A DNA stretch of 64,000 bases. Origin: Convolutriloba macropyga. Lineage: Eukaryota. Positions 52,604-64,000 of the stretch are shown one piece after another. The position numbers and the translations under genes are program-made. Below the pieces are notes generated by a model, which was not told the DNA's origin, did not search any database, and saw only the letters and a list, made by a program, of their open reading frames with translations. How positions within the stretch are numbered: the stretch's first letter is position 1; every line of letters starts with the position of its first letter. The stretch spans positions 37,696,001 through 37,760,000 of the forward strand of contig NC_134480.1 of the NCBI RefSeq assembly GCF_964194025.1, in the 5' to 3' direction.

Positions 52604-52779
52604 CGTTTGTCGAGAGCCTCCTTGACGACGCGAGAGACTGACTCGTTGCATGGAGAGTGTAGGATGAATGCCTCCGCAAACAACTCCACAGTCTCCTTGC
52701 ACATTCCATTTGGCATATCTGTGTTGCGCACCATGATGTCTCCAAAGGTCCCACACTCCACCCGGATACCATCTCCAGT
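52604..52779 (-). CDS. DNAL4: Dynein light chain 4 (axonemal)-like, N-terminal coding exon
   Basis: MVRNTDMPNGMCKETVELF...NESVSRVVKEALDKR resembles DNAL4 (VRHSDMPEEMRVETMELC..NESAAKMIKETMDKK); phase-2 donor CG|GTACT. The 5' limit is a probable acceptor (ACTAAC...TTCAG) or the ATG at 52734. Confidence 0.8.
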
Positions 52780-54269
52780 CTGAACACATTCCACTCACAA
52801 TACCAACTTCGTGTTAGTTAATTTGTTCCTATCAACATTCATGATGAGAATTATATCTAGGGAGGTAGTGCTATTGTGTTCAGTTAATTTTGGTCAATTG
52901 TATTTGAACGTATGGAATAATGAGTAGTATAATCAGAAAGCCCATCAAAAGTCAAATATTTTTCAAATTTCGCATCTTTCGAGAAATTAGGAAGCGTCAA
53001 AGTTGTTTTGCGAACATTCGGCAACACTCAGAGCACATTTTGCGGATACTACGAATTTGCTTTCAAATTTTCTCAACCTAAAAAATAACCCGTTTTTGTT
53101 ACAATAACCACTGTACATGGAGAGATCTCAAACAGCACCGAAACAGCATTTTGAAAAAGCTACGATATTTGCTTATATCGGGTAAGCGACCTTTTTCTAA
53201 CTCCTTTTAAAATTTGCCCGGTTGCACTTAAAATTACTCTCATTTTGTTTAGTGAAATAAGGTTAAGTTTCATTGGATTAATACAATTTTTAGTTGACCA
53301 ATCTGCCAAGAAGCATTTTCTGATTAGTTTACATAATTAGGGATCCAAACATCGTTCTACTTTGTTTTCCGTTTTCATTCTCGACATATTTCATTTCACT
53401 CATCTTCGTTACTCGATATTTCAAATATTTTGTCGCTCACCGCATTTTGGATAAGACACAAGAAAGGTTTGCGCAAAATGTCTGCTTTCATTCAATTAAG
53501 GTCATGCAATCTTCACCCCCTCCCTCCATAGGCTGAGAGCAGTTATACAAAACTACTTTCATGGCAGCTTTCGTGTTAATTTTTGCTATCAAAGACGAGC
53601 ATCTCTACAGAATAAAATGGTGGCGGACACAAATGTTGCTGCAACGGAAACCGTATCCACAAGTCGACTAAAGGTTGCTGTTAAACTAGTTGTTCGGACA
53701 CTTCTATTGACAGCTAGTAGTGCAATTCTTTTCAACGCATTTCGAGCAAACTTGGAAATACCACCAAAATATCCGAGGCTAGTAATATACGGTCTCCAGT
53801 TGAATTCTGCAGCTTAAAACTGTCAATTAGAGAGCAATTTAGATCACGCAAAACTGAGAAATCAAGGGAAAAAAGTCACCAACATTCAAAACGTCATGTA
53901 AAAATAGCGACTTCACTAAAAAATCTGCTTCGAATTTTCTTCGAAGGGTTCGAAGGGTAGCTACCACTTTTGAAGACGGATTTTTTATTTATATATATCT
54001 TTTCTGGACACAAAGTTATTACTCTTTTGAAATATCATTGATGGACGCATCAGAGGGTAAAAAACAAACCGACTGCAGACGGAAAAGTGCTCTACAACGG
54101 CATGCGACGGGTTGGCGTTGATTGTAGTCAACTGAAATTAGCAGGCCAGCCACAAAAGACAAGAAGGGTTTAGAAAAAGGCGGTTCCAAGACCACAAAAA
54201 GTCAAAACTGCTTTTACACCGCTGAACAACTGCTTCCTCAGCAGTTTTAGTAAACGGTTTCCTTAGAGC

Positions 54270-55750
54270 CTCTTCTCAAGCATACACGCCTCTACGCAGA
54301 ACTACGAGCGTGCAAGCCCAGTCTCTAGTCCTTAGTATGCATATGACAGGGAAACACATATTTGCCCTGCTTCTCATTCTCGGCGGCATTGAAACCAACC
54401 CCGGCCCAACGCCTTGTGCACTTTCTGAACTTAGCAACTCGAATCAAAATGGCGTCTGCTGTGGCCGCGGAGGATGAATACACCTGAATTGCACTAACTT
54501 ACAGTCAATAGAGCAATGGAACAACAAGTTCGACTGTAAGCGCTGCTCCGGGTGCAAGATAATAGAATAAAACAAAAGACAAAGTTTCCCCACTCACAAC
54601 ACACACCTCAACATTCTACAACTGAATTGTAATGGTCACAAACAAACTAGACAACATCATAGACTGTATGCAGAAAAATAGCATCCAAATAGCTGCCATC
54701 CTGGAGACCAACTCAATGAAAAATCAACCTCAAAAGTCCACCAGGCTAATGCGTAATCCAAAAGAAAAGGCCCAAAGAAAAAAGCAAAGGTGGAGGGGTA
54801 GCTTTGATTATTAGGGACACAATTCTGTTTCAGGCAATTCAACTTGAGACTTTAGACAAACACCTAGAAGTCCAAGCCATAGAACTCAACGCACATGGTA
54901 ATAACATCAAAATTGTGAACACCTACATACCACCCTTGTCTAGCTGTGATGCAGGACACAAGACATCAATCAGTAAAGTACTTGAGTTAGATGACTGCAT
55001 TATTGTCGGTGATTTTAATGCTCATATCCCTATATGGCACTCGAAATTACCAGAAGACACAAGAGGAACCAATATTGCAAGTGAAATAGAGCTCTCTAAT
55101 GATGCAGTACTCAGCAAAAAGTCCAGCACAAGAAAAACTGATTCCTGTAAAAGCTCCCGGACATCAAACTCGCCAGCTCAAGCATAGCAATCAACATCGA
55201 CTGGAGCACGAGGGACGCATTAGGCTCAGACAATTTACCAACAGTTCCATCTATCAAAAGTATCCTCCGACACATGGTCCATACTCAGTTGAACAAAAAC
55301 AGTAAGCAACGAGAGACACCTCCAGCAATAATAGCAGAACAAACGCTGCCACAATTGCACGTATCCGATTAGCAAACTGAGAATGGGATAATGCCCCTGC
55401 TAAACTCTTACTTGAGCAGGATCTGTAACAATGTTGATAAGCGCTGTCCCAGATGTGAAGGAGCATCACATGACGTATAACACATTTTCAAATGCAGTAA
55501 GAACACCACGGACCTGAAAACTATTGACCCGTGGGAAAGACCAGTAGAGGTAGCCAACTGGCTGGACTTAATACCATCAGTCAAACACGACCACAATGCA
55601 CAGAATCTGCCTTCCTTGTCCCTTTCCCCGTTGACAGTGACTCTCCTGGCCCCCTAACCCGGTGACCGCGTGTCAATCACCAAGGCGTAGATGCAGAAAG
55701 GTCGCCACACCACAAGCAAGTTGTGGATAGGCAGTCACACTACTACTAAT
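54270..55750 (+). mobile_element. Decayed, internally deleted non-LTR retrotransposon (APE-type, Ingi/I-like)
   Basis: LLLILGGIETNPGP; Cys/His PHD-like finger; APE motifs LNILQLNCNG, IAAILET, IVNTYIPP, IIVGDFNAH..W; C-terminal LNSYLSRI..CPRC....H...HIFKC...W.RP.EVA; short (TAC)n tail; stops and frameshifts; no RT motifs seen. Confidence 0.85.
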
Positions 55751-58700
55751 AAATCTACTTTTATTATGACACAAATGCAACTAGGGTACCAGTTACAAAT
55801 GGCGATAAGCGCCGGTTTCCCGACAAAATTTTCTGCGAATTGCAGCTCTGTGAGACAGCAACCAGAAGGGTTTAATAAGAAAAAGGCGGTTCCAAGACTA
55901 CAAAGACTGGAATTGCTTTTGCACTGCTGAAATTCTGCTTCCTCGGCAATTTTATTAAAGGGTTTCCTACAAAGAGCCCACAAAAACAAACAAAACTATT
56001 CAGAAACTTGAAGCCCATGGGGTTTCTTCGTTCTTTTGATGGCCAGCCAAATCACTCAAGCGAGCAAAAGAATCGTTGCAAACAAAAACGGTTGAACTAA
56101 ATTTTGAAGACGCACGACAGCAATAATTGCTACAAACTCCGTTAAGAGCTATTAGTCAAGAAAAGAAATTTGCTGTAAATTTTCTCATTGCTTTCGGTAT
56201 CTTTTCCCTTCAAACACGGGTCCTATAGCAATCGCATCAGTATCACGCTTATTTATAACGAGGAAGACAAGTGATTACAATACTAAAAAATTCGATAGCG
56301 TTGAGCCGGTGAAATAATCTGCTTTGATTCTATGATGCTCTAATTTTGCAATGCTATCTATGATGGTCATAAAAGTGATATTCATCTCTCAAAAATTGAT
56401 CACATATTTTGCATTTTGATGAAATATATGCCCTCCTTTTTCTCAAATGATCCTGCGAGAAAAACAGCTGAAAATATTTGCTTATGTGAACAAACGTTTC
56501 ATTTCTCTTTTTTCACCTCAAAGAAGCTTTGTATCTCAAATTTTTAGCAGCTTAACGTTCTTATTGAATCCTTCTGAACAACCAGTTCAATTTTTGGTAC
56601 CTTCAATCGTTGCAACCATTTCTCTTAGCTTCGAGACCCAAAATTTTAGCAATTCTTTGTTAGCTTGCAGAACTCTGACACTTCTCATTCTATAGATCTC
56701 TCAGGCAGAAATGTCTTTCGAGGAGACAAAGAGCAGTTTAGAAAACCCACAAGTTTTAAGATGTTGTTATGCTTTCATTACAATCTTTCTCGTCTTGCTT
56801 TTCGAGTAATCATCATTACGCTGCTTTTTGTGACATTTGGCCACGCGGATTCTTCATTAAAAGTTACAACAGTTTGAATTGGATCTTATAGCTAAGTCAC
56901 AATTTTACAGTAAAAGCGAATTTGCAATGTTTCTGTTTTAATAGCTTACTTGGTTAACACTTTCATATGTACAACAAAATTAACGTTGTTTCCAATAGGT
57001 GTGTATTCTTGAACATATTCTACTCAGAACTGCGCCCTAATTTACGGTCAAATACTTCATTTTAGTTACGCTGCACCGCATCCCTCCGCGTAACAAATGA
57101 TATATGATGGGAAATCTTAGAATTCTTACAAATTATGCAATGACTATTTAGCATTTATATGGTTAAACATTATGAGGTCCTTTTTTAAAAACCCAATCCC
57201 ACATCCCAGCCCAAACCCAATGACTACAATATGGAAACCCACTCTATTGGAAGAAAACGATTGCATAGGAGTAGAAAATTTTGATATTCCCCGACCGTGC
57301 CAGAAACCACAAACATTCAAAGATAATATCAAAGATAATATAAATCCTGAAGCTTTATACCTTGACGGATGTGTCTTCATTATTGATCTGGAGGTCTTCC
57401 TCAGAACAGTTGGTAGACTTGTTCCTCACAGCTGCGGGTGGATGATGGTGATGGTATGGGCTTCTACTGGCCATTGTCGAATATATCTTCATACAGCAAT
57501 GCTACATCATCCATGCTCGAAGTTGCACATATATCACTGAAAACAAATTATAAACTGAATGATATGCAGACACAGGAAAGAATCCAAAACGTAACACTGC
57601 ACTTTACGATACGCCATTGGGAGCCCAATTGTGTAATAAATTCCCAACATCTTTCCGATATCATTGGGTTCACCCTGAACCAAAAGCCCCAATATAAAAC
57701 ACCGCAAATGAAAGATTTTTCGTATTAGTGTCTTTAAATGCTTCATGATTTTACAGGGCAGCCTCACACAGGCCTTAGAAGGCTTTCCGCTTGTCGTTCT
57801 CGAGTATATTTGAATGCCCTCCTGGTTATTCCTCAATTTATATATTTTGTAGTCAAGATAAACTCAATTAATTTTATCATCATTATTATATATCTTTGTA
57901 GCGTCGCGGAAAGTTCTGTAAGATAAACTATTACATTCCTTTTTAAATCAGTCTTAAGATCCTATTTAGCTAATGTAGCTAGGTGTTAAATTAGTAGAAG
58001 ACTAAGTACTAATAAATAGCTGTTTACTTCAAATGTCATGAGAATTGTTCAAGCGATGGTCCGGAAAAGAAAAATTAATACCTTCCATCAAGATGTTAGC
58101 TTAATTTTTGTCTCCAGGACCCTGAACTTAATTGCTGTGTTATTGAATAATGACAGGCAATGCATTTCTATCAGTATGGTGATGGTTCCACAAGTTTTAC
58201 TGACTTCAACCAAAGTTCTCATCAACGCTTCATCAAAAAAGTTATCTGAAGATATCGAAAAAATGTCTTTTGGAAGCATTACACATGGAAATTGAATATT
58301 AACCTTCATTTTGACCAAATCGCGAATGTTTTAAGGTATCATAGAGAAATATTATTGTCTCCATATCGAAGCTCTTGATATGCAGTTAAAGCTTGCAACT
58401 TCTATCTATATGAACACCTCTTATCAACTTTGACCGAGTTTTTCTGAGGGATATATAGAGCCGCCTTTAAGAGTTTCTGCTGAATATCATATTAAAATGC
58501 TCTCCTTTCAACAACTATATTAATAGGCGAAAAACGCTAGCCAAGACTATGTTGGTCAGAAAATGGTATTTTGGATGTATCTGTGGCAAAGGTATAGCTA
58601 GTTTTAAAACCAAAAAAACTGCTAATTACTTGTTTTCCACCTTTTTATTGCTTTTCTGGTGGTTTTGCAGGAGCCAGCAAAAAAAGAATCCCAAAAAATT

Positions 58701-59754
58701 CAAATTTAATATTTCATAGCACATCGATACCAGAAAATTCTTTTCAAAAGGTTAAACCAAGCTCTTTCACAAAATTTTTCATGAGGGCTGCCTGAAATGT
58801 TTTGCATCTTTTGTCCCTTTAGACTTCAACGGACCACAAATGTCTCCGCTGGCTCACAAAATCAATTTGCAATATTATGAGCGTATTAGGTTCTTGAATG
58901 AATGAACAAACTTTAAAACTTATTAGTAACAATCTTTGATAATTTTACCAAACCTGAGGAAAAACCTGTGAAAAAAACTCTATTTCATTTTCTCTTTGTC
59001 TATGAACGCTGAAAGCAGACTTAAGTTGCCGAGCAATCCGTTTTAAAATTAGCAGAAGATAGCTATTATTATATTAGCTTTTTTAAGATTACCAAAAATT
59101 TGAAACTCTGTAAAATTTTCATTTTATCAACTTTATTTAGCAAATATCTCTTGTCTCTGTTTTTAATAACAGGGTCATAAAAAAAGTTTGGCTAGCTCGC
59201 AAAAGTTTTTTTTTAGCGAAGATGATCTTTTTGAGAGCATCAACAATATTTTAAACATTAGAAATCGTAGTTTCGAAACTGTTGAACTTTTCATTTTTTT
59301 CGCTTTGTTAGAACTGTAAACGCATACATACGTTGGCCGACATATTTAGCCTGAACTCTTGAATTACTAGTACTGTAGTACCAGCTATCGTTTAAAATAT
59401 TTAGGTTGAATTCAAATTTGTAAAATTCTTACTTTTTCACAACTGAAATTCGAATTCTGCAACTGAATTTTTAATTCTTGTCTGCTTTGAGCAAATTATT
59501 ATATTGATTCACTAAAAATCTAGCTTATTTGTTTTTTCGAGCGGAAATAATGATTTTGGTGGCATTAGCGCATTTTCTTAAAACAGAAATTACAGTAGCT
59601 ACTTGATTCAAAACTGTTGAGTTTTTGTTCCTGTTTCTTTCGCTTTGTTTGAATAGTAACAGCAGACATATGTTGGCCCACAGATTTATCTCGGCTTTGA
59701 TTTGAAGGGTCAATAAATATTTCTGTTGGCTCCAATATTGCTAGTTTTAAATCA

Positions 59755-62338
59755 AACAAGAAGGCTCGGTAATGAGAGTTCGCACATAAAGTTCCGACCC
59801 CGCTCATCCACATTTTTGCATAAATGTCTACTAAATGAGGAACACATAAAAAACCCCAAAAAGTCAAGTAGTTTTCAAAAAAAATGTGTATGAACAAAGA
59901 TCGCCTCCAACGCAAATAACTCAGTGGAGTAAAAAATGCTGAATTAGATTCTTGAGATCAGTCATTATTAAGAAAGCAAGTCAAGACGAACAAAATCAAA
60001 CAACAATAACAAAAATTAATTACATCCAAAACTTTGTCCATTTAAAAAAAAACTTACAAACAAGATCAAAATAGTGTCGGCTAAAAGTGAAACTAAAAAA
60101 AACCAGTATTTTAATAGAAAAGATATGGGACCACTCATTAAAAAGGCTCGGTAACAGTTAGACAATAAAGAACAAAAAACAGCAAAAATTCAAAAAAATG
60201 GCTTATATTTTTAAAATCAATTAATTTTAAAGTAAGGAAAACCATTAGATGGCAATTGAAAAGATCCAATATGTTTATGATCACAAACCCTCTATAGGAG
60301 GGCATTAAAACCGGTAAATAATCATTTTTTATGCGGTTACAAAAAGAACAACGAAAAGAGACAAAAAAATCAATTAAAACTTGCGAGAAAACGCTGTTGA
60401 AGCCGTAAAGCCTTATTTGGCCCCTCAAAATATGCTCAATAGAGTCTTCCTCGAACGCTAAAAATGTGGTATCGGCCTTCTCATTAAGGCGAATAGGTAA
60501 CAAACAAAAAGAGAAAAAGGGGCAAAATTAATAAGCACGTTTTTTTCGAAAACAATTATTTCCAAAAGAAGAGCTTGACACCTTTAATTAGTTAGAATAT
60601 GTCTTACGTCTACAACAAAAACGTTAAAAAAAGACAAAGATCGAAAATTAGTTTACTTTTTTTTGCGAAAAACCCGTGTCGAAACCAGTAAATTCATAAA
60701 GAATTCTTTAAAAAACATTAGATTTTGTACACTTGCACCTTCCTTCAGCAACAATAATGTCATTTGTGACCTGTAATTAACGATACTAGGTAAAAAATGA
60801 ACCAAAAAGAACAAAAATGAGAAGTTAAACAACGTTAAAAAATTTTTATTTTTGAAAGCAATTGTTTTCAGTCCTGAAGGCCATCACCTATCTACCCATC
60901 ACCTATCTACTCAAATCAGAGTCAAAACTCCTTGGGCTTGAAAAAATGCCAATGGGACCCTATCATTATCCAGTTAGTTTAATACAACTAAATAGACAAA
61001 GCCAAAACGACAATTGAAGACGATTGTAAAAAATTAAATAAAACTCTTCGAGAAAGGGGTGTCGAAGCCGTTAAGACCCTATGATGTGCATTTCAAGACT
61101 TTTATATGTTCAATTGTGCCTTATTTTGAGCGGTGATAATGCAATTTGTGAACTGTCAATAATCTGATAATGTGAAAAAACGAAAAAACGTGCAAAATTG
61201 GCCAATACCTAAAAATAAAATAAAATGTGACATCTAGTATCAAAGCCAGAAAACCATAACTTAACGCGTAAAACCGCACAAAAGATTAAAATTTAAATCA
61301 GTGGAAAGACTAGGATGAGTAAGCATTCTTTCGTTGCTGACACTAAGCTGCAAGTTGACCAAATCAAGAGAAAAATAGTTTCAAAGTTCAAAAAGCCATT
61401 ATTTATTTAAAAAGCAAACATTTTTAAAAGTCAAAACGACCATAATCTTTCGATTAAACAAAATAGATACAATAACTTGGAACTGTATAGAAAACCATTG
61501 GGACCTATCAACAGTGAGCTTTGATGTGAATTGTTCTGTTCTTTAATTAACATAAAAAAGCTCAATTTTTATTAAAAAAAGACCGACTGATTACAATCCG
61601 AATTATTTATCGATTATAACAGTCCAAGATTGCACCAAAAAAACACCCCCTATTGCTGTCCATCCATTTAGAACACTCAATTTTTTCGAATGCTTTAGAT
61701 CTAGATAATTGGTTAGTTAAAAGATCAAAAGTAAATGCTGCTTTTTTGATTATCATAGAGTAAAGTTACCAAAAAAACGGCAAAATTTTGATTCTAGACA
61801 ACCCTCAATGGAAATGGAAGTAAAACTAGCTGCCTTTGTAGTTTACAAAGATTGTATCTATTGTTTTTGGGGTATGTACTTCCAGCAAATTTAATCAAAG
61901 TGGACTCAAGAAGCTTATTTCGGGCAATTTTTGATGAAAAAGACTGAATTTTGAAAAATTTAGCCAATATTTATAGCCAGAAAAATTAAATGAAAATTGT
62001 CAATAATACTTTTTCTGTCTCTAAAAATATAATTCACAGTACTATTCTTATTAATTTTTAGCAAAACTGACAAAATTTTAGGCGAAATTCCGGAAAATGT
62101 GAATAAAAACAATGGAAATCCGTCTATTATTCACAAAACTTCAAACCTCGATAATTCCCCGCAAAATACGAAGTTCAAAAAAAATCTTTTTAATTCCATA
62201 TTCTACGCTGGAGGGGATTTTTAATGATACCACTCACAACTCTGTGCGATGAATATTTCGATCGGTCGAAATTGACTGAACAAGAAAAAACCCATTTGAA
62301 TATATAGTTCCTCCCCCCCTCAATAGGGGTCGGAACTA
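59755..62338 (-). mobile_element. Family-1 element, copy D
   Basis: Inverted subterminal repeats gttccgacccc / ggggtcggaac; collinear with copies B and C over ~2.6 kb. Confidence 0.75.
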
Positions 62339-64000
62339 TTAAAATATATTTGATACATTTTTTAAAACAGTTAACCTATTTCTCTCTTTTTATTAAAAAA
62401 AATCATTTTCTGGAACAAAATTAAACCAATGAGAATCAAACGGTGCCAAGACAACTACTAAAGATAATTAAACATCGAGTCGTAAAAAAAATTAGGTGCT
62501 TTTAATCGTTCTCTCAGAAAGTTGACTGAAATGAAACAATCGTTCGCCTCGTTTCGGACTTTTGTTCTTCAGAGTTGCCAAAAGACTTATTTTCACGCGC
62601 GGCATTGTGCTTCAACTGTTCCGCTAATTTCACAGCCATCTTAAAAAACGAGAGTAACAATACCTATGTTCATTGAACAGACTTGCAGCTATAAAAAAAG
62701 ATTCCTTCTAATTTGTGACTTCTTCAAGACTCAGTCAATTAGGTTTAAGGTTTTCTATGACTGCATTTATGGCCTTCGCTTTTTTTTGGACAAAATCTCT
62801 TCCTTGAAACTTTGATACACGCTCTCTCTTCATCACAATTTGGAGAAAAAAGTGGTATGAGTTGTTTTTATTTCAGATTATTTACGCCTTATTATTTCTC
62901 AATTCGGATGAAAATTTTCTGTGCCTGCGCACAGAATCAATCGAACCCTTTTGATCATGTTTAACTACCATTGATTCCATGATTAACTACCATTAAAAAT
63001 TTACAATACCGTTAATTGCATAACCTGTAAGTTTTACGTTCTATTCGATACGCGCTTCGGCAAGACAACACTCAATTCTCATTTAAATTTTGACGGAAAT
63101 TAGTTATCTTTAAACTCTGCTGTCAAAAAATTGTAAGTAATCTTGTGGGTTTGAATACAAATTTCACCTGATCAGCTGCTGGAGTATTTGCGATTTTTTC
63201 CAAATTATGACAGATACCTAAGGTAGATCTAATAAGGTCGTACGACCTATTACGACTTTTGAGTATTTTGAATGAATGTGACCCTGGAGTGTGAATAATA
63301 ATTATTTTGTCAGACTGAAAAGCAAATCAGTATTGATCTCATGTACGTCTACTTACTCCCGCCTGATATTGTAAAATACAAAATTGGCCGAAAATAATTT
63401 TTTCCTGCTAATTATTTCAATGTGGTAGCTGTTTTCAAGCAGCCAAGGCATAAGTAAAACTTGTAAAGAAAAAAGAATAAATTCATAAATTAATTAAACT
63501 ACAAATGACTTTGCCCTTTCAAAATGAGACATTATTAGCTTAGCAAATGATTATCAGCCGCATCTTTCTTGAGCAGAAAATGAAAATAGCGAATGAATGA
63601 ATGGATTTGAATATGAGAATGAAGAAAAGGGTAAAATATTTACAATCGGCAAATCTAGTCACCACTGCTTACCACCAATCAGCAACCTTATTGAATATAG
63701 TTATAACTAACTCCTAATGAAACATTTAAGGCTCATAACGAACATAGCATACTCTCCCAATTAAACATCTTCATGGATAATGCAAAATTTAAGTCAAGAA
63801 AGGATATCACGTAACACAGTGATAGCCAAGACCTTTAATTACTATTTATTACCTAAAAACTTTCAATAGGCACCCAAACTTTGAAACTTTAGTCAATTGA
63901 AAGCGTTCAGTAAAAAAATGGTTAAAATAAAAAACAGCAGGAAAAGTCCTAGTCTACGGTGTCCCATTTTTTCACCCCTATTCATTTAACCCCCTATCAT

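Noticed and set aside
52795-52797. In-frame TGA as selenocysteine
   Set aside because: It lies outside the conserved domain, no SECIS was recognised, and an intron acceptor explains it more simply.
59565-60503. ORFs of 116 and 121 aa as a possible transposase
   Set aside because: Inside a family-1 repeat; frames are only partly open in homologous copies and show no Rep, helicase or DDE motifs.

Overview
AT-rich, repeat-dense eukaryotic (probably invertebrate animal) genomic DNA with GT-AG introns and two assembly gaps; no prokaryotic features. Four spliced protein genes can be reconstructed by hand, all on the minus strand: (1) a divergent PP2A-family catalytic subunit (2 exons, ~9.5-kb intron, 328 aa), (2) an unrecognised 4-exon ~440-aa gene, (3) an unrecognised 2-exon ~115-aa probable membrane protein, (4) a DNAL4-like dynein light chain. 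A tandem array of four identical initiator tRNA-Met genes plus one decayed copy lies antisense in an intron of gene 2. A decayed non-LTR retrotransposon keeps a 2A-like NPGP motif, a PHD-like finger, an APE endonuclease and a C-terminal zinc knuckle but has lost its RT. Much of the non-coding DNA consists of at least four families of non-autonomous elements with Helentron/DINE-1-like ends (asymmetric subterminal inverted repeats plus terminal hairpins). These include a nested composite that recurs as a unit, one copy carrying a ~305-bp tandem array. A ~250-bp near-perfect fold-back lies in the DNAL4 intron. Gene models and repeat boundaries were read by eye; repeat coordinates are approximate.
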